Shown: positions 61,046 to 64,000 of the stretch, one piece after another
Numbering within the stretch: the stretch's first letter is position 1
Layout: each line of letters begins with the position of its first letter
Source: Patescibacteria group bacterium
Lineage (GTDB): Bacteria; Patescibacteriota; UBA1384; XYA2-FULL-43-10; 1-14-0-10-43-13
Reading direction: 5' to 3'
Length of the DNA: 64,000 bases
Assembly (NCBI GenBank): GCA_041666325.1
Contig: JBAYHC010000002.1
Location: 157,319 to 221,318 of the forward strand
Notes under the pieces: model-generated
The model's input: only the letters and a program-made list of their open reading frames with translations
Database searches by the model: none
Told to the model about the DNA's origin: nothing
Program-made: the position numbers and the translations under genes

Positions 61046-61633
61046 ATGAGTTATATAATTCCAACTGTAATTGAAAAAAGTCCTATGGGGGAAAGAGTTT
61101 ATGATATCTACTCCCGTCTGCTCAAGGACAGGGTTATCTTTTTGGGTGGAGCGATTGATGATGCTGTGGCGAATGTGGTCATTGCTCAGCTTCTTTTTCT
61201 GGAAGCGGAAGACCCCGACAAAGACATTCAAATGTACATCAACTCTCCTGGCGGTGAAGTTTATTCTGGCATGGCCATCTTTGACACCATGCAGTATATC
61301 AAGCCACAGGTTTCCACTATCTGTGTCGGCCTTGCCGCATCGATGGCGTCATTCCTGCTTGCGGCTGGCGCTGAGAATAAGCGTTTCTCGTTACCCAATT
61401 CACGCATCCTGATTCACCAGCCGATGGGCGGAGTTCAGGGGCAGGCTGCTGATATCAAAATTCAGGCCGAAGAAATTCTGAAGATTCGCGAGGAAATGAA
61501 CAAGATCTTGGCCAAGACAACGGGCCAGCCACTAGAAAAAATCGAAAAAGATACGGATCGTGATTTCTACATGAACCCTGAGGAAGCAAAGAAGTACGGT
61601 TTGATCGACAAGGTATTAGCAAAACGAAAATAA
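61046..61633 (+). CDS. clpP: ATP-dependent Clp protease proteolytic subunit
   Basis: [28 protein letters not shown]. Confidence 0.98.
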   Translation: MSYIIPTVIEKSPMGERVYDIYSRLLKDRVIFLGGAIDDAVANVVIAQLLFLEAEDPDKDIQMYINSPGGEVYSGMAIFDTMQYIKPQVSTICVGLAASMASFLLAAGAENKRFSLPNSRILIHQPMGGVQGQAADIKIQAEEILKIREEMNKILAKTTGQPLEKIEKDTDRDFYMNPEEAKKYGLIDKVLAKRK

Positions 61634-61755
61634 ATTTTATCGATGAGGGCAGTAAGGCGGTAATGCAGTAGAGCAATAAAGCAAAACCTTTGTGTGATAA
61701 GCTAGAAAACATTACCGCCCTACAGCTTTATCACCTTATTGCTGTTTGGAGGTAC

Positions 61756-62835
61756 ATGGCTATTGACGAACGAACAAAAAAGCTGGCGAATTTGGTTGTG
61801 AATTACTCCCTGGCGGTTAAGCACGATGAGAGTGTTGTTATCTCCGGTTCGACGGTGGCAGAGCCGTTCATTGTCGCTCTCTACGAGGAGGTACTGAAGG
61901 CTGGTGCCCACCCGATTTTGCGATTGACCGTACCGGGGCTTGATCCAATCTATTACAAGTATGCCAAGGATCATCATCTTAAGAAGTTCCCTGAGTACTA
62001 CGATTACACGGTTAAGAGTGCACAGAAGTTCATCGGAATTCACACGGAGTCCAACACAAGAGAGCTGACTGGTGCTGACCCCAAAAAGATCGCAGAGCGC
62101 GGCAAAGTCATGCGCCCAATCACTGAGTATATCGTCAACGAGAAGGACAAAATGCGTCGTTGTAGTGTTGGCTATCCAAGTCTAGCATTGGCCCAAGATG
62201 CTAATATGTCGCTAGGTGAATACGAGGATTTTGTCTTCGGTGCTTGTCTCCAGGATTGGAGCAAACTTGGCCAAAAGATCGATTCGATACTGGATGTTTT
62301 TAAGAGCGGCAAAGAAGTTCATCTATTGGGCAAAAATGTTGATCTGCACATGAAGATCCATGGCGATAAGGCCGCGGCAGATAAGGGTGAGGAGAATATG
62401 CCTGGGGGTGAGGTTTTTATGGCCCCGGTTCGCGAATCAGTTGAGGGTTGGATCAAATTCGACTATCCGGCAATTCGTAATGGCAATGAAGTGACTGGGA
62501 TTCGCGTCGAATTTAAGGGTGGCAGGGCTGCAAAAATTGAAGCAGAGAAGAATGAGAAGTTTCTACGGGACATGCTTGCCATTGATGAAAATGCTTCATA
62601 TATCGGAGAGCTTGGTGTTGGCGTTAATCCAAGGGTTAACAAATTTACAGGAGATTTGCTTTTCGATGAAAAAATTGGCGGCACAATTCACCTTGCTTTC
62701 GGTATAGCCTATAAGGAAAATGGCGGTGGCAATGACTCTGCGCTGCATTGGGATATTGTCAAAGACATGCACCATGGCGAGATCATCCTCGATGGCAAGA
62801 CAGTACAGAAAAATGGTAGGTGGCTGATCGGGTGA
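61756..62835 (+). CDS. M29 aminopeptidase (AmpS/PepS-like)
   Basis: NMPGGEVF, IGELG, LFDEKIGGTIHLAFG, SALHWD. Confidence 0.93.
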   Translation: MAIDERTKKLANLVVNYSLAVKHDESVVISGSTVAEPFIVALYEEVLKAGAHPILRLTVPGLDPIYYKYAKDHHLKKFPEYYDYTVKSAQKFIGIHTESNTRELTGADPKKIAERGKVMRPITEYIVNEKDKMRRCSVGYPSLALAQDANMSLGEYEDFVFGACLQDWSKLGQKIDSILDVFKSGKEVHLLGKNVDLHMKIHGDKAAADKGEENMPGGEVFMAPVRESVEGWIKFDYPAIRNGNEVTGIRVEFKGGRAAKIEAEKNEKFLRDMLAIDENASYIGELGVGVNPRVNKFTGDLLFDEKIGGTIHLAFGIAYKENGGGNDSALHWDIVKDMHHGEIILDGKTVQKNGRWLIG

Positions 62836-63014
62836 TCCCATCTGGCCATAACAGACAAAGCAAAGTAATGAGTTAAAGCTGTTTCATTGTTGCCTGTATT
62901 TGCGTTGTCCCCCTAGTCCTTTTTGATTATTGGTTGAAATTTGTGAAGCTGTAACATTTGAGGACACTAGCGCTTTTGTTTTTAGCAATGTGCGTTAAAA
63001 ATGCACACAAAGTT

Positions 63015-64000
63015 CTAGTGTGGTTGTATCTCGAAGAAATAGACCTCATCTCCTGCTGCGGTCGGAATACGTCGAAGATCATTTTTGTTATTTGATAAGA
63101 AACGAGAGAAATTATTTTTTATGCTGTCAAAGAATTCGGAATCGCCAAAGTACGATATATCTTGCGGACTATAATAAATGTATCTAAAACCATTATTGCG
63201 TAAATTAGCCATAATCGTTTCGTCGTCAAACTTTGGGCTTGCTGACGCAAAAGAGACAAGATTATCAGAATATACAGTCTTGTCATTGTTTTCGATAAAA
63301 TATTTTAAATATTTTGAGACGAGATAGGTGCGGCGGTTCAATTGATCGTTGCTGATAGTTGTATTGATTATATTTGCGGCATCGTAAAATTTCGGTAAGG
63401 TTTGCTTGAAGTATTCTTGCTCTCCCATGTGGCTTCCCGCGAACTGCAAAATTTGAGGGGTAACCCGGGCGGGGTTATGCTCTGGCAGGTGTGCCACTCT
63501 CAGAGTGAATGCGATGAAAAGCCACAGGCTGCAATATCCCGCAGCAATAAATCTAAAATAACGAATATTATTAACCTCAGCAACATAGTCTAGCTCTAAA
63601 TAGACCAGAAAAAGAAGAACAAAGCCACCGAAACCATACCAAATTATTCCTGAGCCAAAGACAAGCCAGGGTACCCAGTAAGCAGAGGCAAGGGCTAATA
63701 TTGCAATCAAATGATAGTCTTTGCCCATGATTAATGCCAGATAGCAAAACGGTATTATGAATGGTAAAGGCGCCAATAAGACGAAGCCAATATCGGTGTA
63801 TTGGCCGAGGCCGCTGTTGCCGAAGGTTGCTTCGAATGGGGTGTACAATATTGTAAAAATTTTGCTGCCCTTGTCTTTGCCGCGGTAGCGCTCTAGCTCA
63901 TTTTGAGTGCTCTGGCCAAATTTTTGCTTAGTAGATTCTTCTTGGGTGATTTTACCTTCCTTTGCGGAAGCTCCCCCCTCTGGCTCTGCTTCGATGGCAA
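63015..64000 (-). CDS. Multi-pass membrane protein, possibly GT-C-like (5' partial)
   Basis: Frame is open to the window end; several TM segments then a soluble C-terminal domain. Confidence 0.65.
   Translation of the reverse strand, partial: AIEAEPEGGASAKEGKITQEESTKQKFGQSTQNELERYRGKDKGSKIFTILYTPFEATFGNSGLGQYTDIGFVLLAPLPFIIPFCYLALIMGKDYHLIAILALASAYWVPWLVFGSGIIWYGFGGFVLLFLVYLELDYVAEVNNIRYFRFIAAGYCSLWLFIAFTLRVAHLPEHNPARVTPQILQFAGSHMGEQEYFKQTLPKFYDAANIINTTISNDQLNRRTYLVSKYLKYFIENNDKTVYSDNLVSFASASPKFDDETIMANLRNNGFRYIYYSPQDISYFGDSEFFDSIKNNFSRFLSNNKNDLRRIPTAAGDEVYFFEIQPH

Overview
Bacterial chromosomal segment read in genetic code 11. The streamlined gene set, many housekeeping genes without Shine-Dalgarno sites, truncated UvrC, archaeal-type ProRS and PaaX/Cas2-like regulator suggest Patescibacteria/CPR (inference). 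Most of the window is housekeeping: mltG, mreBCD-mrdA, greA, serS, hpf-secA, gpmI, ftsEX-hydrolase-S41 protease, lemA-htpX, ligA, gatCA..gatB, htrA, prmC-prfA-rpmE, rpsB-tsf-pyrH-frr-rseP-proS, uvrC, yvcK-tpiA-gap-pgk-fba-pfkB, tig-clpP and an aminopeptidase, interspersed with orphan genes. The main anomaly lies between ligA and gatC: a ~1.1-kb GC-rich, densely base-paired region with no credible long ORF, its own sigma70 promoter and terminator, and three T-loop-type hairpins (candidate large ncRNA). It is followed by a PaaX/Cas2-like gene flanked by degenerate direct repeats, then a second ~380-nt structured transcription unit. Also notable are two unrelated GC-rich genes set in homologous hairpin frames (cassette-like, ~1.11-kb period) and periodic or palindromic repeats, some translated in-frame inside prmC and secA. 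All calls are by eye; no searches or folding were run.
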